This document shows, one piece after another, positions 9,701 through 24,200 of a DNA stretch of 64,000 bases (positions within the stretch are counted from its first letter, which is position 1; each line of letters opens with the position of its first letter). The position numbers and the translations under genes are program-made. Source of the stretch: Tubulanus polymorphus (lineage: Eukaryota > Animalia > Nemertea); assembly GCF_964204645.1 (NCBI RefSeq), contig NC_134025.1:24780299-24844298 (forward strand), read 5' to 3'. The notes beneath the pieces were generated by a model. It saw only the letters and a list, made by a program, of their open reading frames with translations. It was not told the DNA's origin and made no database searches.

Positions 9701-12700
9701 GAATTGCCAGTGGAATGATGAGTCGCACTATGAGTTCTCCGTTCCCTAAAGGCAAGGCCCCTGAAAAGGGTGAAAAGAAAGAAGTTAAAAAAGGGGTAAG
9801 GATATGGTCACCATCCATACGCATTTAAATGTCTATTTTCAACAAGATGAGTTGCCCAATTTATGCACATTACGAAAATTGAAATCAAAATTCAGAATTG
9901 TTTACACTTCTGAAGATATTATGAAAGATGTACGAATAATCTATACCCTGATGTCTGAATATATACCGGTGTTTGTGAGCAGTTTGACGCCTGTAGAAAA
10001 GTGTTGTTTGATTCTATGTGGTAATCATACCATCATGTGTAGTGAGATGGGTTGAATCTAATTACCGGTATCTGGATTTGTTTCTTTAATAGTAAATCAT
10101 TCAAATTTCAGTTACAAGTACCCCAACCTGCTCGCGGTGTAAGATATATTAACATATTTATTGAAGTTTTTTGACCACTTGTCCTTATATTCATGGTTTC
10201 CATTTATACATATGTATATTCTTTCTCACTATCGCAAAATTCTGCATACCATAATTACTTTGAATTGTCTATTATAGCGGAACTGTTTCATAATTGAGAG
10301 CTTTTTTGGAAAAAAACATCATGTTCCTCATCTCTAAAGAATATACATCAAATTCAATTCATTGCATGACTATATTCCAGCATATTCATTCATTATTTAA
10401 AAGACCCGAACTCATATCAATTGCATGCGATGGATATAACCAAAAATTCGAATTTTTTATATAACTCGTAACGTTTGAAACTAATATTATTGTTTTCTTC
10501 ATCTCCTTGATGTTGTGGTTAGTTATGTGTTTATTCTTTACTTGTTGTGGATTGTTTTATATCATTATAATCTTTATCCAAAAAATGACTAATCTAGATT
10601 GATTTTGTGTGCGTTGAAGTGGTATTTGTTTGAAATCATAATATGTCCTTCAAAGGATTGTTTCATCAATAGAATTTATCATTTACCATTTCACTTTGCT
10701 ATAACCTCAAAATGCTACTATCCCCTCCGAAAGCAATTCCCGAATGCATGCCAAGCTTTCTAAAAATTTTGAGCCAGAAACCTTTCTAAACTAAAAACCC
10801 AATCTCTTTAATAGCCAGGTCAAGTCTTTCTGGATTTTCCATAGGATAGAATTATTACTAAGGGTAAATATGGTTCAAGTAAAAAGAGAATTAACATTCT
10901 AAAATTTGTATGCCTTCTTAGGCATGCACTAGTACTAGGTGATCAAGAAGATATCGAAATTATGAAATGTGAGCATTTTGTACGTTGTTCTTTTATAGAA
11001 AAGCCCTGCACCATCCGATCGTGATGAGGTTTGTAGCTTGGACAGACATAATATCTTATTGCATCATGCATACAATCGCTGCATGAACCACAGAATTAAG
11101 TCCAACATCTACCATATTATCTACCATACGTTATTTATACCATTCAGCTTCTAAAAAATAATGGCTGCATGCACCATAATAATACTTCATTGTTACATGT
11201 TGTTCAAGCGCAGTAGATATTTAGGGTGTGGTGATGGTACTCTCCTCTAAGAAGAAGGTGCTTTTCTCACATTTTACACGCTTTCAGTTAATTATAAAGC
11301 AGCAGAATTTTTAGCCACTCACATTACAAATGAATAGGAAAGAGTCAACATCAAATTGAGTCCTGTTTCTCAGCTGAAATTTGACCATTCAAAACTTGGC
11401 CGTTAACGAAGTAGCCTACTCAGTATATTCGCAGCAAACTGTCGTTCATAGAATTAAGACAGTTTAAAGATATATCTACCAGTGTTCTATCCATAAGTTT
11501 TTTCTCTTTTATATCATGTCCCGTTGCAGAATAAGGTACTGTAGGATATGTGTAGATATTGTCTCATCTCGTTAGTGCATGCTGAGCTGTCTAGTTTCTG
11601 TATCCTGTCAAAGCAGTTTCATTTTGCAAAGCTTTCTTATACACTATAGCTTTATTGTATATCTATGCATCATGCTGGTAATATTCCATGCTATAAGTGT
11701 TAACTTTCACAATTTCGTTGAATATTGGATTCTATTATGGCGATAGAGAGCTCTTTGTGCAATACATCAGTTGATAGATTTGTATCTTATTTCATGAAAA
11801 ACCACTCCTTGTATCCAATATTCAACCAGTTTCCTTCATCACAAGGACTTTTCATGTTTCCTTTCTAATATTAAACTAGTTTCCAGACATGAACATTATC
11901 GTGAGGACTTACATGTTTCTTTTCTAATCTTACAAGGCTCTTTTCTTTGTATCACTTGTATTATATTTGTTACCGGTATATAGCAGAACTGCTTTAGATA
12001 GTATTATGTGTATTCTATAGAGAGAAATACTGAGCCAAACTTTTTGTTTAATTTTGAAGAGTATGGTAAACCTAGAAGCTCTCTCTGTATTTAAATTAAA
12101 TGTATTCACATGACTTTTTTTAGGCATCGGCGATGTTAAAACCCTCCGAAACAGGGTCAGAAGTAGATGGAACTGCTGTTGTAAATGTCGAAGGACAGCA
12201 ATATGTTGATGCCAAGTCATACGTTATGCTTGAGATAAGCTTATTGAGACCTTTGGTTCCGAAGAAAGCCCCTGAGGAGTTAGCGAAAAGGTTGTTGTAT
12301 CCAGGAGACTTCATTAAAACAGTCACGATATTCATCATTAAAAAATGGTAGTCACCTATAGTTCCCTATTCTTTTATTTGACAGAGTTTCGGAATATATA
12401 CCTCCTAGACCACTTTTCCCTAAAAGAACAAATGGAGCACAAAAGGTAATTATGTGAGGAAGGCTGTATCATAACTCTTCACACATTTCAAAGAAAATGA
12501 TTGTGTTGATTCACAAACATCTACGTTTCAGTCGGTTGAAGAATACCACAACCAGGTTGCATCAGTAGCAGGCTTGATCCTTGATGAATTCAGGGAACTA
12601 TTTGGCGAGCAGTTTGCCAAAGGCGAGATGGTTCAATCACATGAAGCTATGGAGAAGAGGTAAATTTTTCGATTACTTAACACAAGACAATATCTTCACG

Positions 12701-15700
12701 ATGATCTCACTTTCTATATGTAAGTGGATTTCATTCATTCTTAAGGAGACAGCAATTGATGTATGAACTGAACTCATCTGGAAAATACTTCGCTTTCAAA
12801 GAACAGCTCAAATATTCCGTTGTGAAAATCGTGCGTGAAAAATACCTGAAAACAATTGATTTTGAAGATAAAGAAAATTTACAAGTAAGTGTGTAGAAAA
12901 CACTCACTTCAATAGACTGCTTTCATAGGTTGGTATTCTACATCTAAAAGGAACAATATTGATCTATTATTGCACATTTTGAAATCCTTGATTTTCAGTC
13001 TTTTCTGAGTGAGCTCTATGTTTATATCATCGATCAAATGCACGTCGGTCTATCAAAAGCTTTGTCTTTGAAAGACCAGACACCGGTTCCTGAGCCTTTG
13101 ACCGATGCCGCACAGTTGAAACACTTCGCTCGAGAAGCTGAAGTCAACGAAAACTTTGAATGGGCAACTAAGTATTACCAAGAGGTCAGTTGCTTCTTAT
13201 TTCTGCAAAGACTAGTTTAAGATACTTATGTATTTATGAATATTACTGGATACATCTGCATTTTTTGTAGAGAATTGCTCGATACAAGAATGACCCAGAA
13301 GCCTGGTATGACTATGGTACATTTTGTTTGTACATCAATGACCTCACTAAGGTAAAATTTCACCTTATATCACGCATATATTACTTGTAAATATAGATAT
13401 TGCGAAGGAGTGTTAGTTTAAGAATCACTGTGTTTTTTTAGGCAGAGGAATGTTTTAAGGAGTGCATTGCGATTGATCAACGAAATATCAATGGGTAAGA
13501 TGTCAGTTAATGATTAGAAGAAATATTTATTACTTCAAGTTTTGTTAATAAACCCTCATATGTTTCAGGCTGATTTTGTATGCCATATGTTGTGCAATGC
13601 AAGAGAAAAATGAAGAAGCGGAGATATTTTTTGAAGCTGCAACCTGCGTTGACGATAAGAGCATCCTAGCTTGGACATTACTTGGTAAGCATTATTACGA
13701 TAGCCCTCTTGTTTAATGCAGTACATGTAATATACACTAAATTCCATATTTTATTTTTCACTTCGTACAGGACTATTCTATGATGGGATAAATAATGAAA
13801 TTGGTGCCGAAATGGCTTTGATTGAAGCTAACCGGTTAAATGTAGCTGCAGCTGTCAATGCCGTGAAAGCTGCTAAAGCTGCTGAAGAAGCTAAAGAGAA
13901 TAAAGATAAAGCAAATACCGATTTGAAAGAAGTGGTTGAAGTAGAAAAAACTTCAGAGGAAGTGACTGGGGATGGGTCGCCTGATGCTCCAGCGTCAGAT
14001 GGTAAGAGGACTGCTGTACTGGATACTCTATCAATAGAATATCTTACTAATATTTTTTTTTTTTTTGAGTCAAATAAATAAAGCATTGATTAGATAGCAA
14101 CAATAGCATTCAGTAGATATTAGAATATTCTTAGTATGCATACATCACTTCAGTTCTTGTAGAGATCTTAGTAGTAGTACCTTAATAGCATTGAGCCATC
14201 CGGAGATATGATTTTAGATTGAATTTCAGCTCTTCCAGGTCATGCTATGAAAACACGTAGCAGATGTTGCAGCCTTTTTCACTTTCATTTCCTTTCGTAG
14301 TTCTAGGTGCTGCACCTGAAATTAAAGCCGTTGGTCCCACCCCCAATGCTGCTCCTGGTAGTCAGGTGAGCTCAGCTGATCTACCAAAAAGTCCCAAAAC
14401 AAAGGAAAGAAAACCGTCACACACTGGTGGACGGAAAGGTAGGTTATATGCAAACTGTGATAAGTTTTTTCTTTTCTCTGATGTAACAAAGCTATGTAGA
14501 CTGGCTCTTATCTCATGCATTTAAAGACTTAACATATCTAACAGAACAGTGCTATAATGCAACTGTGGCATCTATGGCTGTCAAATTATGACTATGGATC
14601 GTTTATTGAATGATTAAGATATACATTACCGGCACATATTTCCAGGTCGTATACGTAGTACAGATAGCTTACATTCTGGTCGACCAGCCAGTCGTCAAGT
14701 TCCCATCAGTATGAATGCTACGCCTCAGCCCGGACAGGAACAAGAATCAGAAGAACCAGCGGCCAGAGAACCGACACCGGTGCCAACAACCAGCATATTC
14801 ATGCAAACGATTGAATTTTTACTCGAAGCGAAAGCAATGCCAGTACGTAAAATTACAATAAGCTTTAAAATGAGTAATGTTGCGTTTGAGTAGAATATTG
14901 ATGATTTTGAATATTTTCATACAGTTTACAGAGAGAGCATTAGCTCACGAGTTACTGTTACCAACTGGAGGACCTACAAGCGAGTATCACATAGCTTATG
15001 CAAGATTAAAACTGCAACGCAAGGAATTCGAGGAGGCTGAGGAAAGTCTGAATGAAGCCTTAGAACAAGACTATCAGGTAACTTTCAATCATATTGCTAT
15101 CAAAATAGCTACCATTATGCACTATGCCTGAGCACAAAAAATCGTTCAGGTTGCAGCATTAAATTCCTTCTTCCTTATTTCAAATTACGGTAACTTTGCC
15201 TTTTTTAGCATCCGGATGCCTGGGCGTTGATGGGACACCTGAAATATTTATTAGGCGACAACGAAGCAGCGAATGAATGCTATGAAAGAACACTTTCATT
15301 TATGGCTCAACCATCAGAAACTCATTCCATTTACCTTCGTCTGGCGTCTATTTATCTTCATGACAAAAAGGTAAAGCTCCTCCTGACTTTTGATAAATGT
15401 CAATTGTAAGGAATCAATGTACATACCGTAGTTATGAATCTGCTTGTATTATCACTTCAGTTCATGGAATCGAAACAAACGTTCCTGAAAGCTTGTAAAC
15501 AGTCTCCTTCATGTGTGTCTTGGCTTGGAGTTGGAATTGCCTGTTACAGAGTGAGTAAAGATCATAAGTATTCATATTGCAATCAAAAGGTTGTTGATTC
15601 ATCTAATATTAGTTCTTTTTTCTTTGTTTCTCCAAATCTACAGTTGAATGAACTATCAGAGGCCGAAGATGCACTTTCTGAAGCCAATATCTTAAACAAT

Positions 15701-15966
15701 TATGATCCAGAGGTTTGGGGTTATTTGTCATTGGTTTGTCTGAAAACTGGACGACAACTCGAGGCTGAGCAAGCTTATAAATATGCTCTTAAGGTAAGTT
15801 CAAGTACCTCGTTATCAACACAATTTGGAAGTGCAGCAGTTTGATAATACATGTAATTCTGCTATCAACTAATCTTTATTTGTAGCTAAATTTGCAAGAC
15901 GGTGATCTTCTCAATGAAATAAGACAAGTTCAAACCGAAGTTGGATTTGGGGATCCTCAACTTTGA
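6710..15966 (+). CDS. CFAP70: Cilia- and flagella-associated protein 70 (TPR protein TTC18), about 26 constitutive exons plus microexons
   Basis: ATG 6710 ([10 protein letters not shown]...), exons such as 6710-6799, 6907-7093, 7222-7320 ... 15644-15792, 15886-15966. Recognisable CFAP70 segments [67 protein letters not shown]-terminal TPRs ([29 protein letters not shown]) and the terminal VGFGDPQL*. Probable 5'UTR intron 6460-6706 and AATAAA near 16128. Confidence 0.93.
8867..8875 (+). CDS. CFAP70: Candidate 9-nt CFAP70 microexon (TRW)
   Basis: cag|ACAAGATGG|gttggt inside a phase-0 intron; frame-preserving; the donor is weak. Confidence 0.4.
10112..10138 (+). CDS. CFAP70: Candidate 27-nt CFAP70 microexon (LQVPQPARG)
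   Basis: tttcag|...|gtaaga, phase 0-0, no stop codon. Confidence 0.65.
10999..11028 (+). CDS. CFAP70: Candidate 30-nt CFAP70 microexon ([10 protein letters not shown])
   Basis: ttcttttatag|...GAG|gtttgt, phase 0-0; TGCATG motifs downstream. Confidence 0.65.
11530..11535 (+). CDS. CFAP70: Candidate 6-nt CFAP70 microexon (NK)
   Basis: Long pyrimidine tract, then ttgcag|AATAAG|gtactg; phase 0-0; TGCATG at 11576. Confidence 0.5.
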
Positions 15967-16959
15967 AAGCAAGTGTGATAGATTCTAATAACTAATCGTA
16001 AAAAAGTATATCTAATATTAAGAGGTTAATGACATCCGTCCGAACAAGTGTTAAAAAGTGATATTGTTTTCATATTCTATGTTATGATAATATATACATC
16101 ATCTTGTAAAATATCAAATATTGATAAAATAAAATGGGATTGTTTAGATTCAATGAAGAAAATTACATCAAATGCGTCTATTCATTTTATATTTATTCGT
16201 TGCTTTTTCTGCCACAATATTAGCAGTAATGATTAAAACTTTGTACAGGGTAGGCATCCTTAGTAAAACATTCAAATGCTTAGCACTAAGTAACTACTCA
16301 TCTATATAATTGCAAGTAGCTCCAGTGATGCAGAGTCTGTAGAGCCAATGTAAGAAAATGCAGGCATCCATCTACTGCACTATCCACCCCTGACACACAA
16401 TACCTTGTCACCATTCTCCCACAGGGTCTTCAACTGTTTTTAAGATCCTCATCCTAGTCATTTGAAGTTGCAAATGGACTACTAATGCCAGATTTTATCC
16501 ATACAAAAATCCACACTACAACTGAAGGATGGTTCTAAGCTGAATGAGTGAGAACTGTGGCTTTACAGCCTTCGCTATTGGTCAAAAGATAGCGGTACAC
16601 CATTACCGGGTATTACCAAATTTTCAGACCCAGTGAACTTGGTATCTGCAAGTCAAAACTGTAGAGCAAGTCTGTCCTCTTTCTGGAGCTGAACAAAACA
16701 TTAATCATGACAAAGAAGGTTGGTTTCATAAACATCATTGATGTTTAATTTATTCTTCAATAAGGTTTATTTTATGTACAATTTTCATCTAAGAGCATTC
16801 AATCAAACACTGATAACTCACATGTACAATTTCTCAATCTCATTAACATCCTGTGAAATGAAATACATGTATGTTGGTGTGAAAACCATATGCTACATTC
16901 TTTGCATGTCTTTTGAAAACTAATTGAAAATAACAAATATTGCAGGTAAAAGGCTCAAA

Positions 16960-17075
16960 CACAGGGGCCTGGTGCAAAAAAATATTTTGACTCCAGTATC
17001 CTAGGTACAATATACAAATTTTTCAATGAGGTATCTTGGATACTGAGGTCAAGCAATTTGTGTCAGGCCCCTGTG
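16960..17075. mobile_element. Foldback/MITE-like palindromic element, copy 1 (degenerate)
   Basis: cacaggggcctggtgcaaa...tttgtgtcaggcccctgtg with internal ttgactccagtatcctaggtac/gtatcttggatactgaggtcaa; clearly homologous to 51427-51543. Confidence 0.7.
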
Positions 17076-18219
17076 AGACAGCTTCATAGTGAGCTGAAAA
17101 TCTACAAAAAACCCAAAATCTTGAGAGAAAAAGTCTTACTCATGAGTGAATTAAAACTCAATGAAAATAGCTCTATTACAACAAAATGTACTGCAACCTA
17201 AGCCTTTGCAGAAAAAGCGGTTGTCGTTTTGCCAGCTCAAATGTATACCTTTTAATTGAATCAACAACCAATATAAATAACTATATACAGAATCCCTGCA
17301 GAAAACTCTTTATAAGGAATACAAAAATAACACTTAATAAATAGTCAAATCTCTTGACTTGTAACTTTTGAATCATTAATCTACCTCCAACCACACGAGA
17401 TAGGAAATGTACATGTTAATCATGGGAAGACTTTCAAATATCTTTGTTTACTTGAACTAAAGATATAGATATGAACTTGTCTTGATTCTCATGATTCTAT
17501 ACATGTTTACAGTTCCCTTAGTTCCATTACGAGAACATCAATTAACAGGTTTAACAGGAGATTTCAGACAAGTTTGACAAGTTTTTCGTCATTTAAGTCG
17601 ATTTCTGTGTTTGCAGTTCTTCCACGATTGGAAATATCAATCCGCAGAAGTCATGTTTTGGTAACTCAATTTCAAAGATGTGGCGAAAAACTAATCAAGC
17701 AAATGAGACTGCGTTGTAATTCGAAAATCATGAAGCAAGTTTCATAAATTTCTTGAAATAAGAAATTTAGACAGTTCAACATAGGACAACAACACCAGTA
17801 CCGTTTACTTTGACTGGATGCATAGGTATACTATTGCAATCACCCAAAACACAAAATATCAAGATGAAATCAAATATCAAATGGGATCGAATGGTTGATT
17901 TCCTAAAGATTTGGCACTTAGATAATCTAAGCACAGACTGAGAAGTCAGCCAACAAAAATTCAAAGAATTCTTGATACATCTCAATTAGATATGGTCATT
18001 ATTCACCACGCTTTTACAGAAAATCGGGTAATGCCCTTCATTGAACGGTAATAACAACAATAAAACTGTCTTCGTTTCAGCCATCAATGCTAATAACATC
18101 GGCATGGCAACTAATACATCCAAGTCGATGAATTATCACAGCTTCAGAGGTGAGAACAGCGCATCACAACTAATTTCATCCGGTTTAATACACGTGAAAG
18201 TGGTCGATAGGGTTATCGC

Positions 18220-21200
18220 TCATTTTGGGAGGGACCCTTTCCTTCTGAAAAACATAGACAATGAAATCAATATTTCTTGTAGCCTATTTGACATCGAAAT
18301 CAATTTACATTACAATATTGACAACTATTAATGAGATTTTCGTTGAAAGCATAGACAAATAGATGACAGACAAAGAGCGAATGCAAATAGCCTGCTGGGA
18401 CCAAAGTCCAAAGTGGCCTAAAAAGGGCTAAATAGGTAACACATATCAAAAGACAAAATGGACCTTCTTAGATTTTCTGTGGAACCCGCAACTGTTATCT
18501 ATTCAGAAACTGGACACTTTAAACACTGCCACATATATTGGTTCGATTACAACATCGATATCAGCGATGACATGCAGCATGCTCAAAGGAATTCGATAAA
18601 AGTCTTACTTCGGAATAGTGGTGGCAGCCACAGAGTGAGAAATATTTGGAGTGCTACCTGTACTAGATTTGCGCTGTAACGAAGTCCCATGATTGAGAGT
18701 TGATCCAGTCAAACTTGACCTTCTGCTGCTAGTATCTGAAATATATAAAATGAATCAGATTAAGGCACAAAGTTCTTTTAACTGAGATCTAATCATTTTC
18801 AATTAGGCCTACAGTGTTACTTTCACAATGAGCATCAAAATTTGCTTACCGTGAGTCGAAGAGGTAGATGACCGCCTTGAACCCCCACCACTGAGTGCGG
18901 CTGAACCTGTACTACTTGTGGAACCTCGTCTGGAAAATACACAAGGAAATTATCAATTACTATTGAAGTAAATACTGTATACTATTTCGATGAGGTTTCA
19001 AGCCCCTACAATGTACAATCCCTACAATATAGTATAGTGAATACATGCATTTGTTTTTTTATGACATAATACAGTTCTACCACTTCACAATGGGTACCTT
19101 AGGTCACAGTCAGTCATGCAGTGAGACTGGCATTAGTTCGTAATATCGTAGCAGCTGCATATTAGACTTCAATTAGTAGATACTATTTCGAAATTTCTGC
19201 CTTATTACTATTATTACTATGTCAACGTTAAAGCAATAAATAATAGCACAACAACATGAATGGTATATACAATATAGCTGAATAGGTTTATAAGTATCAG
19301 CCATATAAACATAGCAAACAATCCGGGGACTAACTGGGGTCTAAATACGTATATGGCCAGTTACTCACTTTTTGTTCAACCTGAATTATGGGAAAGAGAA
19401 CAGAAACTGTAATTTCAAGGGTGAACATACAATCTCTGAGGATCCAAATATAATATCTTAATGAGCTAAGTTGATAAAGATCTTCATCATAGGTAACTAT
19501 ATAGGCAAAAAGCAGAACCTCTCACCTGTCTCGTGATGTAGAGCCGTTACCAGGTGTCAGTCGCTGACCTAATCTTGGTGAGCCAGTAGAATGAGCACTC
19601 GCAGTTGGTGAAATGATCTTCGATGACACATTTTTCAATGTTTTCGTCTGGCTTGATGTCGATGCTACAGAATTGTGAAGATGTAAGAGTATAAATTGTG
19701 GCATACCCATTCTACAAACAAACCTATAATAGTAAACATCACTTCTCAAGTAGATTTACATACATCTGATGCTTATATTTGAACCTGAGTTTGCGCTACC
19801 AGTAGACAACTTTTTTCCAATTGAACCTGTGCTTCCAGATCGTTCTTGTTTAGTGGCTAAAGCAGGAATTTTTGAGGCTAAAATAAGATAAAGAGCAAGA
19901 AAATTGATTAATTCAATTATCAGTACAATCTGAGGATCCAATTCCCCAGTTCTGGGCAATACAACTTACGTTTTTTAATACCAGGTATTTTGGTGTCCTT
20001 TTTATTCAAGTTATCTTTACGCTTCGCCTCTTTTAAAGCCTTTGCCTCTTCCTCCTTCTTTTCCTTCAACTCCTGTTCGAGCAGTAACTTTTCTTCCTCT
20101 TCCTTTTTCTTATCAGCAAGGTCATCCTCATTCATCGATCTTTTTGCCAACTGGATATAGATTTCATTATGCTTGATGATAATACAAGAATACATCTTCA
20201 TGTCAACTGGCATCGATATCGTAAAAAATTTCCAAACTCACCGATTCAAGTTGAACTTGCATATGATCCATCTCTTCGACAGCGTGAGTGATCGTATGGT
20301 TTACATCTTTATCTCGTTCATTGATCAGTATTTTACGCACACACGAATCTAACTGTTGTAACAACGCGCGGTCAGCGGGCAACTTTAGTAAATGTTTTAA
20401 TACAGGCAGTATGTTGCACAGTCTGAGTCGTACATTTGGCACCTGATCCGATGCCAGTTCTAATACGGGCTCGAAGAAATATTCCTTAAAAAACGTACGC
20501 GAATATATATCGATAACCATTTTAGAAATGTCTATGAACAGATTGCGTTGATGGCAGCTTTTTCCGTGGCAACATTCTACAATATCAGAGAATTAACACT
20601 AGTTGCAGTAAATATAAAATCCCCAAAAATTTAAATTTTGAATAAATCTCTGAAGATGGAGAGACATAATCTATCCGAAATGTCAGCGAAACAGATTTTT
20701 CAGTTGTTTACCAGTAATTTCAGGAAACCAAGGATACAATTTGTTTTCTCTACAAATAATCTCAGACCAAAAGTTAAAGTCTTGTACTCATTTCCCTGCA
20801 AGGAGTCCACCAAGCAGCCCACGACAAAGGCATTTCATATCATGTATGAAATATTATTGGCGGATAACTTACCGTCTATGATTTTATTGATCAGCTCATT
20901 CCGTTGTTCAGATTTACGATTATACCGAATCAACACCAGTAAAGTTCGACACGCAGCATGGCGTACAGGTAATGCCCTCTGTAAAACACGCAAATACAAC
21001 CAACCTTACTACATAAACTAACAAGCAAGAAAGAGAGATGCTAAATACATTATTACTTACAGTTGAGTGTAATTTCCTACAAAATAATGGAATGAATTTG
21101 TTGTAGATTTGATCGGATGTGTAGATCTTCGGAAGACATGACAGATTTGCAAGCAGCTCCTCGTGCAGACGCCAGTTGTTCGAAGATGAAATGACTGCTT

Positions 21201-24200
21201 CACAATTGATGATGGCTGGAATGATGTCAGTTAGGATATTCTGAAATTAAAAGGACAAAGTTACTGATCTATCTCGATACAGCTCGATGCAGGAGGATTT
21301 TTTCATAGAAATAACCTCTTGTTACCTTGCAATCTATCGTTGCATTGGTTATTGCTTTTACAAGTAATCTTGATACCTCAGGGATATGTGGAACTACCCC
21401 CTTCAGCACCTGAAACGATTGAAAATCAAGATACATGTGAAGCAAATAATTCATCATGAGAGAGATAAATTAAGTACGGACCTCAATAGAATCATCCTTG
21501 AGTAAAGTAACTAAATCAGGTTGGACGGATAAAACATTGTCACCAAGCAGTTTTGCCACCTGAAAAAAATGTTGAAATTTTAGTCAAAAACCTTAGAACC
21601 AATGCAGTACCGGTTAGTGCTGCCATCTCGAGTGTCTTACTTCGTGGAAACCACTTGCTATAGTTTTTCTGACTAGCACGTGGGCATCATTGCAGAGAGA
21701 AGAAAATTGTTGACTAAGTTCATCCTTGAATTTCCCGGGACCAATAAACAATAACATAGCCTGTATGTAAATAAAGAAATCTCGATAAATGCAAACCATA
21801 AACATCACAAATCTATAAATGCTATTTCTGGATGACTTCCAAATTTGTTCAATTGGTTCAAACATAATATTGACATCTAGAATTACTATTTGCTTATAAG
21901 TTCTAATGCGTTTACATTAGATAATGTTATACGGGTTTAGTTACAGAAAATACTAAAATAATACCTCGGTCTTCATTGAAAACTTACTGGGAAATTAAAG
22001 GCAGCATTTTTTCTACATTCCACATGTTTGTCTTCATCTTTGAACAGATTTCCAATATTAAACTCTTCAATCTGAAAAAAATCACAATATACGATAATGA
22101 TGAATCACCTTTATCCAAGTTTGTCTCACTGAGAGAGCGCTTCAGGTCTTAATACTTACTTTTCCAGATGAATTCAAATTATCGTCTTCTTCTTTTTGTT
22201 TCTTCTTGTCTGATACACCCATTTTGCATAAACTTTTATAAATAGTGAGAAAAGTCTGCCGCTGGTCTTCGGTTAGATTCGCTGAACACAATGAAAATGC
22301 AAGACAGTTATGAATTCAGTTGTGCCTTCAATTAATTATTACCTCAGTTCTTTCTAACAAACCCAAAATAACACTCACCAGAAAGACCGTGACAAAGTTT
22401 CCCAAGCTGTTTAGCCACTACAGGTATCGTCATGTCATCCGAACCCATGGCGTTATCACAGAATTTGCAGACAAGAGGCACTATAGTATTCGTGCAGGTT
22501 TCTAAAAGAAACAATACAAACATTGTGAACGATAAAAAATCGCCACTTTTTAGAATAATGAATTGCGTGAAGAGTCATGAAATTATAGACCTCAGGTGGC
22601 GGAAAATTGCAGACAAAAATAGCAGATTTCAGATGTAATAAAATGTACTAGAACAGTTTAGATAATGTTCTAGACTATAATATTGTCTAGAACATTATCT
22701 AAACTGTTCTTAAGTACCCCAGTAGTTAGGTAACTGAATTTCTATGATAACACAAGTGAGAAGTGTCTATAACAAGATCCCTGATAACTCCAATTACTGT
22801 CAGTGAACCAACATATTTTCGGGTCACTTCTGAAGATTGATGAGCGAGGTTTTCCCTGACGAGATTATTAACTATTGATGGAGTCAAATCTATCTAGAGA
22901 TTTCACTGGAGTAGGCGGATGATAATTCAATCAATACCGAGTAAAGTACATTCGTAAGTACGTCATAAATCTAAGTATGAAAATCGTAGTTTGCCGAAGA
23001 TTTCGATAAATAGCAGTGAATAACTTCTATTAAAACGATCGGCGACGGATTTTAAGCCAGGTTGTGAAAATGTTATCTTGGCAAAAATAAGGGGGAGGGG
23101 TGTCCGCTTAAGACTCCCACTTGGATCTGCCCCTACTGATATGTTGAAAGAATAGAAAGTCTTATGATCAATAGTTGATGAGCAGTTCTTATTATTACTT
23201 TCATTTCCATACGATTCCTTTAATAATATATCATCCTTAAGCTACCTGAGGCGATCCTAAATGAAAGATATTGGAAGAAAATAAACTTACCATGATCTAA
23301 AAGACTAATGATATTTACAACAGTTTCAAGGCCAGCTAGTCGTACGTGGCTTTCTTCATCATTCGTCAGTTCAACCAGTTCAGGCAATATTGCACTTTTC
23401 GTAGCTTCAAGGCTGTTCAATGAGATGAACAAATACACGTATTAAATCATCAATTCACAACTGTCCAAACTTCGCAAAAAACCTTAAAATATCGATAATA
23501 CATCTAAGCATGATTCTTCTTTTAAAAAATCTATTCTCCGGTCCAGGAGATATATTCTAATTTTGGAACATCTTTGGCTCACGGAGAGTTAACAATGTAA
23601 ACAGCATCATCTCCAGCTCGTGTATACCTGAGTCGACTTTCTGTTATAGAATTGTTTTCGTTAGAAAACTATTACAGGTACAAGTTATAGTGAAACCAGT
23701 ATGTTTAGAATGGCAACTGGCTTACGTATCACATTTCTTCTCAGAGTGGTTTAGATGAAAATCAGCAATGCACATCGCTGATATTATCTGTGCCATCAAA
23801 AATACTCCTCTTTATGTATTTTTGGTGCCATCTATATCACACTCAAAAACTGCTTCTCCATTCTTTCATCTTCCATTATTACGACAAACCAAACACACTC
23901 GTAATGGCTGTTCAAATACAACCACAATGTTGTTTTTGAACCAATAAGTTGGGCCTTTCTGCCATAATATCCGAGTTGTTGTATGAACAAATTTTCAAAT
24001 GATTGTCATCGGAGCATTGTAGGGTACGGGAAAAAAATTTCATAAAATGATGACACAGGCAGGCTTTAAAGATGTATTGTATTTCTAAGGATGTTCGTCT
24101 TACCCGAGTCCACGCGCAACCGAGTCTAGCTGATGGCACATACACCCTCGTACTTCATAATCAACATCTTGGCACAATGATTGAACTACAGGCAGGATTT

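Noticed and set aside
16250-16690. Cys-containing exon-like segment between CFAP70 and PPP4R4
   Set aside because: Stops in all frames examined and no recognisable domain; probably a decayed repeat.
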